DNA of 64,000 bases, taken from Paragordius varius (Eukaryota; Animalia; Nematomorpha). Positions 25,201 to 38,661 of this stretch are shown piece after piece. Both the position numbers and the translations under genes were made by a program. Each line of letters begins with the position of its first letter. The stretch's first letter is position 1. The DNA lies in contig OZ176050.1 of NCBI GenBank assembly GCA_964247055.1, forward strand, positions 2,790,001 to 2,854,000, in the 5' to 3' direction. Under the pieces are notes generated by a model. That model ran no database searches and was not told the DNA's origin. It saw only the letters and a program-made list of their open reading frames with translations.

Positions 25201-27311
25201 CAAACTTTATAAAAATAATATTTTGCTTGCAATTTCAACCATTTATTACCATATAGAGTCCCTTTTAATGCTTTTTTAGTTTTTTAAAATTATTTAATTT
25301 TATTTGAATTTCTTGATTTTGAAGGGAAAAAAGTTTTTTTTAATAAATAGGTTGATCATTTGGCCCGTGCTATTCACTCAGAAAAAATGGAAAAATTGAC
25401 AGCTTTAACGCACAAGCTTATGGATGAAAGGCGTGAGGAATGGAATGCACTAGAAGCTAAGCGTTTAGAAGCCGAGAAAAAGGCCATTATTTTTGGGGCT
25501 CAAGAAAAATCTCGTCTCTCACGCATAAAAAGTGATTTCCTTAATGTCGTGTCAGAACTTAAACAGCTACATCAAGCTGATTATGAGGTATAGTTACTTT
25601 TTGATAGGTAAAACTCCCTTTTTATTGATTGATGAATTTTCATTGTATTTACATATATATAATATAAGATTTTACAGCTTTTATATTATACTGAATATTC
25701 TTTAGCCCAAAAGCTGCAAAGTGTTTATCTATATTTATTATAATGGGTCTTGGGGGTAACTCTTGTACATTATGGAGACTTAATTTTAGATAAAAATGAT
25801 CTTTCAAAATACATAAATTTAATAATATGCATAAAGTAAAAACAACGCTTTTCAGTAATATAATTTTTTTAGTTTACAGCAAAACGCTAATTTTTTGATA
25901 TGAGAACCATTTTTTAAGCAGCAGCTTAAAAATGAGATTTCTAAATAACGTTTTTGTGGTTTTGCTAAATTTTGTAATTAACAGATTATATTTTTTTACC
26001 AATATGTCCCATTGTTTATTACTTAAAATAATCCGTTATGTTTGTTCTCAGAAATCGGTGGTAGATTTCCAAGACATGTTGGTACGTGAACGGGAGAGTC
26101 GTTTAGCCCAACGGGCGGCGGATCGTAAGCATGAGCGGAGAGCCCGGTATGAGGCAAAACAAAGTGCCCAAGAAAAAAAGAAGGAGGAAAAATTATTGGC
26201 CACCACCACCACGAAAAAAGAACAGCCGGTTTATGGTGTGATTGCACCGACTGAACCTCAAGGTTCTGCAGTGGTCCCGCCGCGTTCATCTTGGTATTCC
26301 GCATCAGCTGCAGGACAGAAAGATGAAATGGATTCTGCTCTGAGACACCGTGGTATGATAATTTACATACATGGATAATTTTTTCAAATGGTGAGAGATT
26401 TTATTACTTTTGTAAAAACTATTATCGTTATTATCTCTGAATAAGGTGGGTTTTTTAGAGAAATTTCTGTTGTCATAATACTTTAAATTGTTTATTTTAT
26501 TTTTGATAGATCTTGTTTAATGATTGTCAAGAATATTGTGTAATCTAATATTGTAATTTATAATATATTATATAAAAAGAATATTAAAGTTTAAATATCC
26601 AAAAATTACTTGCTTTACCTTTTCGCAATTTCCTACTAGATTCGATTCCAAACGCATAAGAATAAGTGTTTACCTTATTTTTGTTCAATTTTGTATAATA
26701 CTGTTGTTTTTTCAGCAAACTAACTTGTCTTATTCATTTTTATAGATGGGTCTGCCACAGGTCAACAACCGGCTTCAGGCAATAAATGGTACAGTGGCAC
26801 AGGGGGAAACACTATGCGTAGGGATGAACGTACAAGTTATAACCCGGCCAATCCCTTGTCTAATACAAGTAATATGACGTCTGGTAAAAGCAATAATGCT
26901 TATGTACCTCCCAGCCGGAGATTTGAAACTTCAGGAGGAGGAACAACCGTACAATCAAACAAAGGTAGTAATGGGCCAGGTGGTTGGTATAATCGAAATA
27001 ATACAACCAACAGCAACCCGAATCCTAGAGTTGAAAATGCGTCAGGTCGACAGCCATTTAACACTAATCGATATAATAATAACAACAGTCAGACAATAAA
27101 CTCTATGAAACAAAATGCAAACTATCAACGAAGGAATGTAAATAATGATGGTGATGATGAAAATGTTGAGACAGCAGTTGGAGGAGGTTGGAGAGTTTCA
27201 CAAAGCACGGGTGGTAATAGACAACGCACTGGAAACAATAATTATCAATCTTACAACAACAACAATAATAATAATAATAATTATTATTCTCGACCAACAT
27301 ATAATAATTAA
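16207..27311 (+). CDS. EIF3A: Eukaryotic translation initiation factor 3 subunit A, about 1136 aa, 17 exons: 16207-16255, 16279-16481, 16510-16646, 17541-17763, 17935-18075, 18194-18405, 19457-19616, 20178-20372, 20562-20678, 22071-22403, 22677-22808, 24035-24189, 24458-24629, 25010-25087, 25351-25587, 26052-26352, 26746-27311
   Basis: [91 protein letters not shown] and a coiled-coil tail. All splice phases are consistent. Confidence 0.95.
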
Positions 27312-30300
27312 TTAATTGATTATTTAACTTTTTATCCCATATTATAACTTTTGTAACTTTAAACTAAATCACAAATTTTGAAGCTGTTATTTGAATGCTA
27401 ATACATTTTTTTCGTTTCCATCATTTATACATGTGCTACATATAAACGCGTCCATATTTTGCATTAATTAAATTATTTTTTAATGGTGTTAAACTATATT
27501 GTGATTTGGAATAAATTTATTTTTTACGGGCAAAGATTATGTGTGATTTAGTAAATCATACATAGCTTATAAAAATCAGATGATTTATTTTTTAAGTCGG
27601 GATCATTAAATCCCAAACCATTGATCCCTATGCAGGTTAATAACAATTATAAACCTTAGATTAAACAGAAAATTATCATATCAAAATCGTTAATTTGGTA
27701 TAAAAAAGGCATTACATAAATAACCAATATAATTAGAGACTGGATTAAAATTTGATGAATATATTTTTTAATATAAAAATGATTGATCAGGATCGTCAAT
27801 TATGCTCAATTGTGTTAATTCATACATAATTTATCTAATTATATCATTCCGTTGTTTATGTTTCCAAAGATTGGGTTGGCGTTCTCATAAATGCAGCCGG
27901 GATCGTAACATACGAATCATGCTAGATTCTAGCATGGAATATATTATTAAAAAAACATTCTTTATTATTGAAAGCATGTTTTAAACGGTATTAGTATATT
28001 TTAAATATTATAAAAACACTCATTCTATATAATTAGATGCCGCTGAAATATACATTAGAATTTATTAAGGCTACGAATTATAATTATATGATTTCCCTGT
28101 GATTATAAACAAACCTGTTAAAATATAACTTGTCTGAACGCTCATAAATGCAACCATAATCGAAAATAAATCAAGTGAATGGGTACAAAATCGAGATGAG
28201 AGGAAATTTTGAACCACCAGTTTTGTGGCTTATAAATTTGAGTTCCTTATAACTCAAAAAATGGAATTGGGTTATGATATTTTTATAGCAGGTTAAATCA
28301 CGTGAGCAGATTAAAGGCTGCTTAATAGCCAATTCAGATGGCCACAAATCACTTTTTAAGATCGGTTCATTTAAACACTACCACATAATGATTACTTTTT
28401 TGGCAAATATTATAAAATTTTTGAATAAGAAAATAATTCATATACCAGGTTAAAGGTAACCTTGAACTTGTTATCTTGTTAAAATGAAAATTTTACCAAT
28501 CATTAAAATAAAAATAATCAAAAATATTGATTAGTTAGATAATGGCTAGTTAGCTATATCTCACACGCGTATGTTTCATTAATACGGTTTGCTTAAATGT
28601 TTGTAGTATAATGTAAGAAAATAACCTTGTATCGCTTTTTAATTATTATTCGCCGTACAAAAGCGTTTTTAAATCGTACTTGCAGAAAAAAATTTCATAA
28701 AAGAATAAAATACGTGACATTCTCTGCTTCATAACAATAACTAATCTGGTCAAATGTATATGAAAAAAAGCAATTCATACTAAATTAGATTAAATTATAT
28801 AGAAAAATTTTAATAAAATAGTGATTTTTTTATATCATTTGAATCGATAAAGCATTATAATTTAAGTCAAAAAAATTATACAAAGGTGTGATAATTTAGC
28901 CAACAATGACGCATTCGTTTGTTAATCCTGGCACCTGATTTACTAAAAATCTAAACCGTAGGAACTAAAAAATACTTTTTTTCTATAACAATAATGAGAT
29001 TTTTAAAAATCACAATTTGAAAAATACATTTTTTATTTGTTTTTAAAAAAGTTGTGAACATTTATCAAGATACGTATATTATAAATTAAAGGTATTGTTA
29101 AAATATGAATAGTTTAAATATCAATTTTATTAGTAAAACAATAACAATAAAAAAAATATCATAAAATTTATAGTGATGTAATTTAATTTTTATTATATGT
29201 ATATACATTTAATTTTATTTTATGGTCTCTTGCCATATTTTTTTGTCTACCTTATTTTCCATAAACGTTTATTTCTACTCACCTTATTTTTTTTATTTTT
29301 ACATTTTTGGCTTTTTTTAAGTATTTATACTGAAAATATGAAATAACATTTTTATAACCGCTGTTTTCAAAAAATTCCCATATCTCAAAACACATATAAC
29401 GACATTTTTTTGAATATATTATCTTATTTAATATATGTTGTCACCACAATGGTGCAGAATTTTTGTTTGGAATTCGATTTTTTGGTGATTGGACACAAGT
29501 ATTTATTTACAAATTGATAATTTTTAATTAAAAAATCATTTTTTTAATTTTTTTATCGCTGTGGTCAGCGAAAAAAACATTTCTTTTTACAATTTATGAT
29601 TTAATCAAATTTATTAGAGAATGGATAAGTAACATTCCTAATGCATTAATCAACAAAAAATATAAATACAGTATAGATATATAAAAACGTATATACACCA
29701 CACATTTTTTAAGGGATTTTTTATTTCAAAACTTTGATCCATTTGCTTTAGTATATGTGCATAACAACGATATTACAGTAACCACAGAATTTTTTTCTTA
29801 TTGCAGATAACCAACCATTGGATATGATGGAAAAGAAGATGTTTTTTTTTCGAATGAAATAATGCGTAAATAATATTTAAATTATTACAAACATAGTATC
29901 ATAAAATGAAAACCCTTGTAATATATAAATACCTAACTCATTTAATTTACTCATCATAAACAAAAGTTAATGATACTCAATGAATTTTTAATTTTAAGAA
30001 TTAAAACAAATCTAAGCTTGCCGACTTTTTTTAAACAAATATAATCAAACTTTAATCTAAAACTTTACAGATAATAATTATTATTTTAAGAAAGAATTTT
30101 AAATTCGATTTGTTTCCACTGCTAATTCCATTATAATCCTATATTGTCCTTTCCAAATTGTTAATAACTTTACCCATTAATAAATAAACAGATATATAAT
30201 GTTCGTTAAAATCGGTTAAATATTTTGCACATTTTTATACACATAGCATACAGCAAACAGCTTTAAGTATATTATATCAGCTTTTTTGTATTGTGTTATC

Positions 30301-30704
30301 AAAAAACTATTTTATCGATTTATTCCATAGTTGTGTTAATACAAAATACTCACTCAATCAACCAACAAACATCCCTTCTTATCAAACTCTGAAAAAAAAA
30401 ATAAATTAAATATAATATAAAAAAACAACATAAAAATATATCGGTTTTTGCATTAGTAACACAAGAAGCCAAACATCCAATCCTATTTGATTGAATTTAT
30501 TATATATTAAAAAATTATTTGATTGCTTCAAACCCACACAAACACATATATATAATTTCGCTGTAATCTTTTTTTTTGGTTTAAATAAACACATATACTA
30601 CGATACGTTGCACACATTATCGCCACATTTTTGAATTCTGTCCAATATCAATTAAAAAAATAAATTTAATCTATCATATCCCCATTAATCCTCTTTCCTT
30701 AAAA

Positions 30705-32614
30705 ATGCCCTTCAAAGCTGTCGAACATCCAAAATGCCCCAAATGTGAGAAATCTGTATATGCCGCCGAAGATCGGTTAGCCGGAGGATACCATTGGCAC
30801 AAATTTTGCTTCAAATGCGGTAATAAATTTTTTTAGATTCCTATGAATATTTCTATTGTTTAAAATGAATGGTTTTTGTTGGAATCGATATTTTAAATGA
30901 CTTTTGAAATATCTTTTTTTTGAAAATATAATCATAAACGCAAATTTCTATCCGCATTTATACAGTATTCAAATTTTTTATCACAAAAAAAAGTTTTTCG
31001 ATCAACAGACTGAATGGTGGTATATAAATGTGTTAAATGGAACCACAAAAATATTATTTGAAGACAAAAGTGGATATAAATTAGTTTACATTTTTTCAAT
31101 TCGATAGCTAATTTTACCATGTGTATTTTCCAAAATCTATATTTAATTTTACAAGATAACTCAAAAACCGCAAAAGTGGTAAAAGAGTTTTAAACATTTT
31201 TTAAAAAATTACAGAAAACATATATTTGTAAGCCTTATTCGAAAACTTTTATTTCTAGCTTTTGCGGTAACTTATCTGCAATGCCGCCTTTTGTCTGACT
31301 AGATAGGTAACAATCTGAAAACGTTTTAATTTAAAAAATCTTTTTATTCCAGATTCGGTTTTTAATCGTATAGCTATACTAAATGGTAATAATGATATAG
31401 GTTAGAAAGAAAACCAAACCATATACTACACATTAAAAGACATAATATTGGCTTAAGAAATCTTTAATTGAGGGAAACAAAGTAAAAAGATAAAAACTTT
31501 AAGTTTGTCATTTTCAAATGACAGAATTTGTCCTTTTTTGATAAATAAACAGCCATGACATTTGTTTTAAGTAAAAATATTATTCCTTATTATATAAAAA
31601 TATAATTCCTTATTATATAAAAATATAATTTGATAATTTCTATATCCGATAGATCTCTGCAACAAAATGTTGGAAAGTACGAACGTAACCGAACACGGCG
31701 GAAAACTTTACTGCAAACAATGTCATGCCCGTAAATTTGGTCCCAAAGGCTATGGTTTTGGCGGAGGGGCCGGGGCTCTCAGTATGGACACCGGAACTCA
31801 TTTGGGAAATTATGAAGGATCTGAAATGACGTATTATAATTTTAGCGCTTAAAAGTGTTTTTTTTATTTTTACATTAATCTTAAAATTTTGTGTTTGTCT
31901 GGTTAATTAGAAATGTTCCATCTTCTCACTTGGGTAAAGAAAATGAGGGAAGTGCCGCACCCCCGGGTAGCGAAATTTGTAATCGATGCAAAAAACCCGT
32001 TTTCTTTGCTGAAAGAATTATCGCTGGTGGCATGGTAATTTAAATTATTAAAATTATATTTATTTTAAAAAACGTTGCATAATATTTTTTTTGAAAATAA
32101 ATATTTGATACATTTTGAGAAATAAACGAAAATTATTTATTCATTTATCTAGCCCTGGCACAAATCTTGCTTCAAATGTGCTCGTTGTAATAAAGCTCTG
32201 GACTCAACAACTGTTGCCAGCAATGAGGGCGAAGTTTATTGCAAATGTAAAAATATTCAATTTAGCTAACATTACATTTATATTTTTTAAACTAAAACAC
32301 ACAAGAGAGATTAATATTTTTACCATTAGAGATTTGGGAATTCTTTAAAAATTATACGTAGTTGAAAAATAATTGGATAAATGTAATGGTTTGTGTGCTA
32401 TGGAATTTTATTTTTTTATTATTATATTTTAAAAAATTACTGATCAGAATATTTTATTGGGATACGTAACCCAATTTTTTGAAAGTTATATTATCTACAA
32501 AAATTTATTAATTAATAATTTATTTTTATAATTTTTTTAGCCTGTTACGGGAGTTTATTTGGGCCCAAAGGCGTAGGCTTTGGCGTTGGTGCTGGTGTTT
32601 TAAGTACCAAATAA
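30705..32614 (+). CDS. CSRP: Muscle LIM protein / cysteine-and-glycine-rich protein with two LIM domains. Exons 30705-30819, 31653-31830, 31911-32034, 32153-32246, 32541-32614
   Basis: [59 protein letters not shown], then a second LIM ending [21 protein letters not shown]. The N-terminus resembles protostome MLPs. Introns are 833, 80, 118 and 294 nt. Confidence 0.95.
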
Positions 32615-34174
32615 TTGGTAGAATCTTATCTTATTTCCTTGTTTTAACAGCAATTCTCTTCACACAAGTCACACACCCCTATAAAGTTTTTTTCTTTCTC
32701 TCTATTCTTTATAGTTTTTATTTACATATATATAATTATATTTTTGCAATTCTATGTCTAAAAAATCTAACAAGACAGACAGACAAATCTTGTGTAAAAC
32801 TTTATTTTCAATAAAACCTTCCGCACACTATCCTCTCTCAAATGCGCTATGCAATTTTTTACGTTTTATTTAATAACTATACAGATACATAATTAAAACA
32901 TGTATAATTTGACAATGAATTTTTTTTGCAACGATGATGATGACCTTTGTTAAAATTATTTGATTACATGAGCAAAGTTAGCCAATCCTATTCCCACATC
33001 ATAAAGTAATTTGATTTTAACATTGAAACATTTCTTCAATTTTTATGAATTAATCGATTATAAAAAAAGTACACAGCCGTTTAAACCAGCAATTGAATAG
33101 TTGTGCGATAATAGTCTTATGCAAAATTTTAATATTATTATTTGAAGAATTTCAACTTTAATCATATGCAATACATTTTAGTATGTAAATGAGAATGGAT
33201 GATAGTTTTAGATTTCATTATGTCTTGTAACAAACACAATCATTTTAAATTTAACTTATTGTTTTTAAAAGTTATTTTTCTCTGTAAGTAAATTAACACA
33301 CCATCTAATACTACACCACCACACATTGTAAAAACCCAAAACTATTAATAATAATAAATAAATTATTGCTTCCTTCCATATCTATGTAATATTGTTGATG
33401 ATAAATGGGAAATTAGGCTATTTTCTGTAGGGCCTTTCATACCCAAAAATAGTATTTATTAATCCGTTACACCGATTATACTGTTACTTTTAATTTACCT
33501 ATTTACAAGCCACTTTTTTTTAAAATATGACATACGATTTCCAAAATCGTTTATTTGAAGCGTTTTTCGAAAAACGTTTGACACTATATACAAGATTGTT
33601 TTTATATTTTTCCCAATTAAGATGATTTTATAAATGCGCATTTACTGGAAAAGTCCCATCACTTAATATTAAGACCTGACTAATTTCCGACAAACATGGA
33701 AACAATTTAAGATATGTGGACATTTACACACTTTTTAAAAATGCACTATTTTCGAACCTTCTTTAAATAGGCTTTGGAGGTCATCCATTTAAAAATGGGT
33801 GTTTTAAAAACTCTAAATAATGTGTCTAGAGAATTTTCTGGTGAGCGTGTTGGATATCGATAATAACTAATATATTTGTCAATCATGGCCCTGCCACTTT
33901 ATTGTAGCGAGTTGATTGCAAAAATACGGATTCTTAGGTGCTCTCAGTCTTAACAATACCAAATGGTGTAAAATTTTCCAGCTTTGAAAAATAAATTCAA
34001 CAAATTTAAATTACAATCATAGGCGAAATAATTAGAGCGAGGCGTGATATAGTGGGTAAATTTCCTAACTTTTTAAAAAACTAATCTTATTTTATTCATT
34101 TTAAATAATCTTGATCTAGAATTAAACAAATATTTATTTATAAAATATCTATACATTAATGTGAGGTAAAAAAA

Positions 34175-37100
34175 TTAATTGAGATAATTTTTGGTTGGAA
34201 TCACATTTATACTTCCCTCTATTTTTTCATCTGACGTATCTAATGTTATAATTTCTCGATTAGCATTTCTGCTAACATTATTATATAAATTTGTTGAATT
34301 TTGATTATGAGCGGATGAATATTTGTATAATACATTGGATTGCATTGGATTTAAAGAGGTGGATTCTCTCATAAAATCAGGCTGTTTCTTTTCCGTGATA
34401 TTTGAATTTAAAAAGTTTTCCTGACTAGTTTGTGTTAAAGAGGAATCAAGAGTGGTCTCTTTATTTAATAATAAATTTATTTTGGAGAAACTAAGCTTTT
34501 CCTTGTTAAATTCGATCGGAAACATTCCCAAATCACCATCGAATCGATTTTTTGTGACCTATTTATATAGTTATAATAATGTATACAGATAATTTTAAAA
34601 CCTAATGTAAAAGATATTTTTTATATTTGAGCCATACTTGAATATATTTTTTCTTGGGTAAATGTGGCATAGTGCTTTTCTCTTGCAAAATTAAAACATT
34701 ATCAGCTTCTTGCGTTGCTTTTATACCTCCAAAAATGGATAGATTGGACAATTCTTCACTCATTTCCTAGAATATGGATAAAATTTGTGGTTATTAATTA
34801 TTTCTAAAAATATAACATTGCAGCTTTCCATATTTAATATATCTTTAAATGTATTTAAACTTTAAAGTCGGGTTTAAACTACTTGGCATTTACACCGTCC
34901 AATTGACAAAACTAGATTTTAGTGTCAAATTTGGTTTAGATATTGAGTGAAAAAATAAACTATATTTTATCTATTTAAAACCTCAAAATCTCTCTGTAAC
35001 ACGTATCCACAATTAATTTATATTACAAATGATCAAAACACATGAAGCGAATAAAAAATTTAAAATAAGTTAATAATACACACCTTTCTGGGATGTATGA
35101 TGAGCGTTATATGTACATTGTGTTGAGTCGCAAATTTTCGAAACGTGGCCACCACAGAATCCTGTTTACTGAAGCGATCAAACGAGGTGACTGATACCTC
35201 ATCACCCATCATGAATTGTAAATTGTCCAATACAATGTGTGATATATCGTGCAAATATACGGCTTGAGACATACACTGTATAAATAATATTTTTAAAAAA
35301 TGGAATGCAACAACCAAAATTTGGTTAATTCTTGTTAAATATTTATTAACTTAACCCCTTAACTCAGACTCATAATGAGTTTTTTTTAAAATAAACATCG
35401 ATAGGATATTTCTGATTTTCAAATAAGGTTGAATCTTTAGGTTTCAAACGTTAAAAGTAAAATGTGAGTACCCGCAAATTTACTTGTTTTTAGGTAATTT
35501 GTGGCCCTTATAAGGAACCAAAAATAATAAAAATTATTGTATTTAATATCATAACTGTACAATGAGGTTAATAAAGTCAGAATTTGATGACCATTAAATT
35601 AAAAATGAATATAAAAATTAACATAATTTTTGTAAGTAAATTAAACTTACATCAACAACTTTTTTTACATCCACAGCACCTTGATGAGTCATGAAAAACA
35701 TGGGATATTTTTCGAAATTATTGGCATACCTATCGAATTCCTAAACGTTAAAAAATAAAGATTTTAATATGATATACTCCTTAAACTGTTTTTCTTCATT
35801 TTTATTTATACAAATCGACTTTCCAAAAAACTTTAAGTATGGTGATAATAATGGGACATATACTCAAAAATAACTCAAAAACCAATTCACACTTATTAAG
35901 ATTATATTAGCACGCATTTTTACAACTTTCAAAGTAAAAACAGTATAAAAAATCAACTTTTAAATCATTTTCCAATCCATGTCCCGCGTATTGATGTAAC
36001 ATAAGACGGGCTAGTCTATAGTTTGGGATTTCAAAACTACCCCAAAGTGTATGAACACCCCCGTGAATGCATAAATCTAAACTATATTCGCTAACAAATG
36101 TCGTTTTTCCCGCCCCAGTAGCCCCTGTAAAAACGGTTAATTCACCGCGTCGATGACCCTTTAACAGTTTATTTAGCAGGGGAAAACGGGTCCACTAAAT
36201 ATCAAATATAATTAAAATTTAATATTTAAGATAGGGTATAAAATAATTAAAGTTTATATAAAGTCCAAGTTTTTTTAATAACTCACAATACAGGACGTAT
36301 CAGATATTACATTTCGGTAAACCTAAAATATATTTTTAGATGTCTATAGTTATTACAAATATTGTTTTGCAGAAAAGGTTAAAGAATAAGGCTTAAATTA
36401 TAGTGTGAGGTTTAATTTATAAAGCACAACTTAGACTGCACAACTAAGCATATTGATAAATCATGATTTATTATCAGGCTAAGAAATAAGGCTATATTTA
36501 AAGTGTAAAAGTATAAAAGCCCAATTCAAAAAGCAAAAGAATGTCAATTTTATTAATCTAACTTTATTTATATAGTAAACACGATCGTTGGTGGGTACAT
36601 TTAACTCGCATCAATACTATATTTCAAAAAACCTTTGACTATGAAAAAATTAAAATTTACATACTTTTTTAAACTGGCTGAAAAAAACTGTTATCTTTTT
36701 ATATTTTACAGAATATTATTTTATGCTGTATAAAAACCAAAATTTGATGAATATTATTTACCACTATAAAAAGAAAAAAACCGTTTTGAAAAACTGTTAG
36801 ATAGTTAAATATTTGAAAAACAAGTATAACTACCTGAACACCCTGATAAGTTTTATGATTAAGTAGCTGGGAATAAATCTCAGATCGTAAATGTTGAAAC
36901 GATGTAATAGTTTTTGGGTAAAGGGGCGTCGAGGTTCGTTTCAAAAGCTCGGGTACAAGAGCTCCACGCTCAAGCACATTCAACGGTTTAGTATCTATTG
37001 CATTTTTGGAACTAAATAGTTGTTTGAATGTCATACATATTAATATAAAGATCAAAATTCAAATAGGATGAATCATTTTGCAACATTCTATGTGAAAAAA

Positions 37101-38596
37101 ACAGAATATTGTCTGTTTTTCAAATTATAAAAGCCTGGAAGCAAAGTTTTAAAATATAAGACAAAAATTTTGAAAAATCAAAAGAACTAAAGAAACTTAA
37201 ATAAACGATTATCCCCTCTTATTTAAAAAATATAAATTACTTGACAATGTAGCAACGTTGATTATTTAATTTTTTAGCAAAACTCTTTGCACTTTCCCAT
37301 CCATCGTGTACATTAAGGGCATCGGAATCAAACCAAAAAGTAATCTTTTCAAACTGCTCCAACATGGGTAAAAGCTAATAATAATAATTAAAACATAAAT
37401 ATGACAGTATATCCACGTTTTGATTTTGGAAAAAAAATACATAGCTTATTATCCGAATCTCTTTAGGAATAAAAATTGTATTTGACATATACTTAGTATT
37501 AACAAATATTTTAAAACTTTAAATATATATAATAGAGAGGTTCAAAAAGTTAAAAAACTAGTCTTATTTTTGGCTTGATAATGACTAAAAATGAAGTTAT
37601 AATTTTTTAAATCTAATATTAGTGGCAAAAAATAATAAACTATCTTTTTAAAAGCTGTTGATAATCGAATAAAAAATTCTGTATATAATATTTTTAAATT
37701 TTTATGGATAAAAAAAGCGTGTAAACTTAATTGAATTAAAATGTTTATAATTATTACCTCTTGTGGAAGTGAAAAATGGGCATTAGGTAACGTTAAAACG
37801 GCAATTTTTTCAAGGACATCATTTGTTGAATTTCCATCCTCTTTTTTGCTGTTTAAAATATAATTTGATGATTTGTTTAGCGCTTGAGCAATATAAAGTG
37901 CATCGATTTCTCGGGTAGTTAAAATAAGTTCCCTATGTTGGGAATTAACGTTAGTCCACCCAAATATGCCATGTAATTCATTTCTAAGAAGAATGTAAAA
38001 TATAAACACAAAAAATTACGATTGGCGATATAATTGACCATCGGAAGTCTTAACACCAACTAAATTGCGTTTGATTTGATAATATGGGTACAAAAGATGA
38101 CTACTATTATGCTTAATGCCAAAAGATTGTAACAAATTAAGTGAGACACCCTAAAGTATCATAAAATATAATACAGTTAAATTATTTTTTGCCTTGATTA
38201 ATTCATGAGAGTCCGGTAAAAGAAAACTCGCAGTTTCAAATTCATTTATTACGTTTTCTTGGGATTCACTATCTAAAAATCACGTCATCAAAAAAACTAA
38301 CAAATTGATTGAGCTGTTTTATCGTTTATAAACGTTTTAAATTGATTCCAATCTCCATGTTTTCCATTTTGACAGATAAACCAACCTAAAATTAGGAAAA
38401 ATATACCCGTTCGATTGTTAACAAATAGGTTATGTTTTGATGGGCAAAAAACGCATTTAATTTTGTAACATGTTTTTCCATTCAACACATATAATTTATT
38501 AGATTTGAGTGTGTATAAAATCTCAGAATCTGATGCAAAACTGTCTGTTTTATAAAATCTCACAGGGCAGGATTTTAAAAATTTAAAAAAAGACAT
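34175..38596 (-). CDS. TWNK: Twinkle mitochondrial replicative DNA helicase, about 690 aa, 12 exons: 38596-38407, 38385-38302, 38272-38175, 38150-38020, 37983-37758, 37374-37241, 37011-36834, 36194-35958, 35740-35651, 35275-35084, 34766-34638, 34558-34175
   Basis: Zn-binding CVFC; Toprim-like [16 protein letters not shown]; [37 protein letters not shown] (Walker A); LWGSFEI; [12 protein letters not shown]; TLIIHPRKE; [19 protein letters not shown]; [11 protein letters not shown]. Confidence 0.95.
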
Positions 38597-38661
38597 ATCA
38601 TATGTCTTTAGTGAGAGAATGCGAATCGCGTGTTAAAATTTAAATACTCCTATTTGAATTG
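38597..38661. promoter_or_regulatory. Putative bidirectional promoter and 5' UTR space between the Twinkle and MED25 start codons (65 bp)
   Basis: Divergent ATGs at 38596 (-) and 38662 (+). Contains GCGAATCGCGTG, a CpG-rich motif in AT-rich surroundings. Function is inferred. Confidence 0.6.

Noticed and set aside
29440-29870. Possible small spliced gene or upstream exons of the LIM gene
   Set aside because: No phase-consistent model with a recognisable product.
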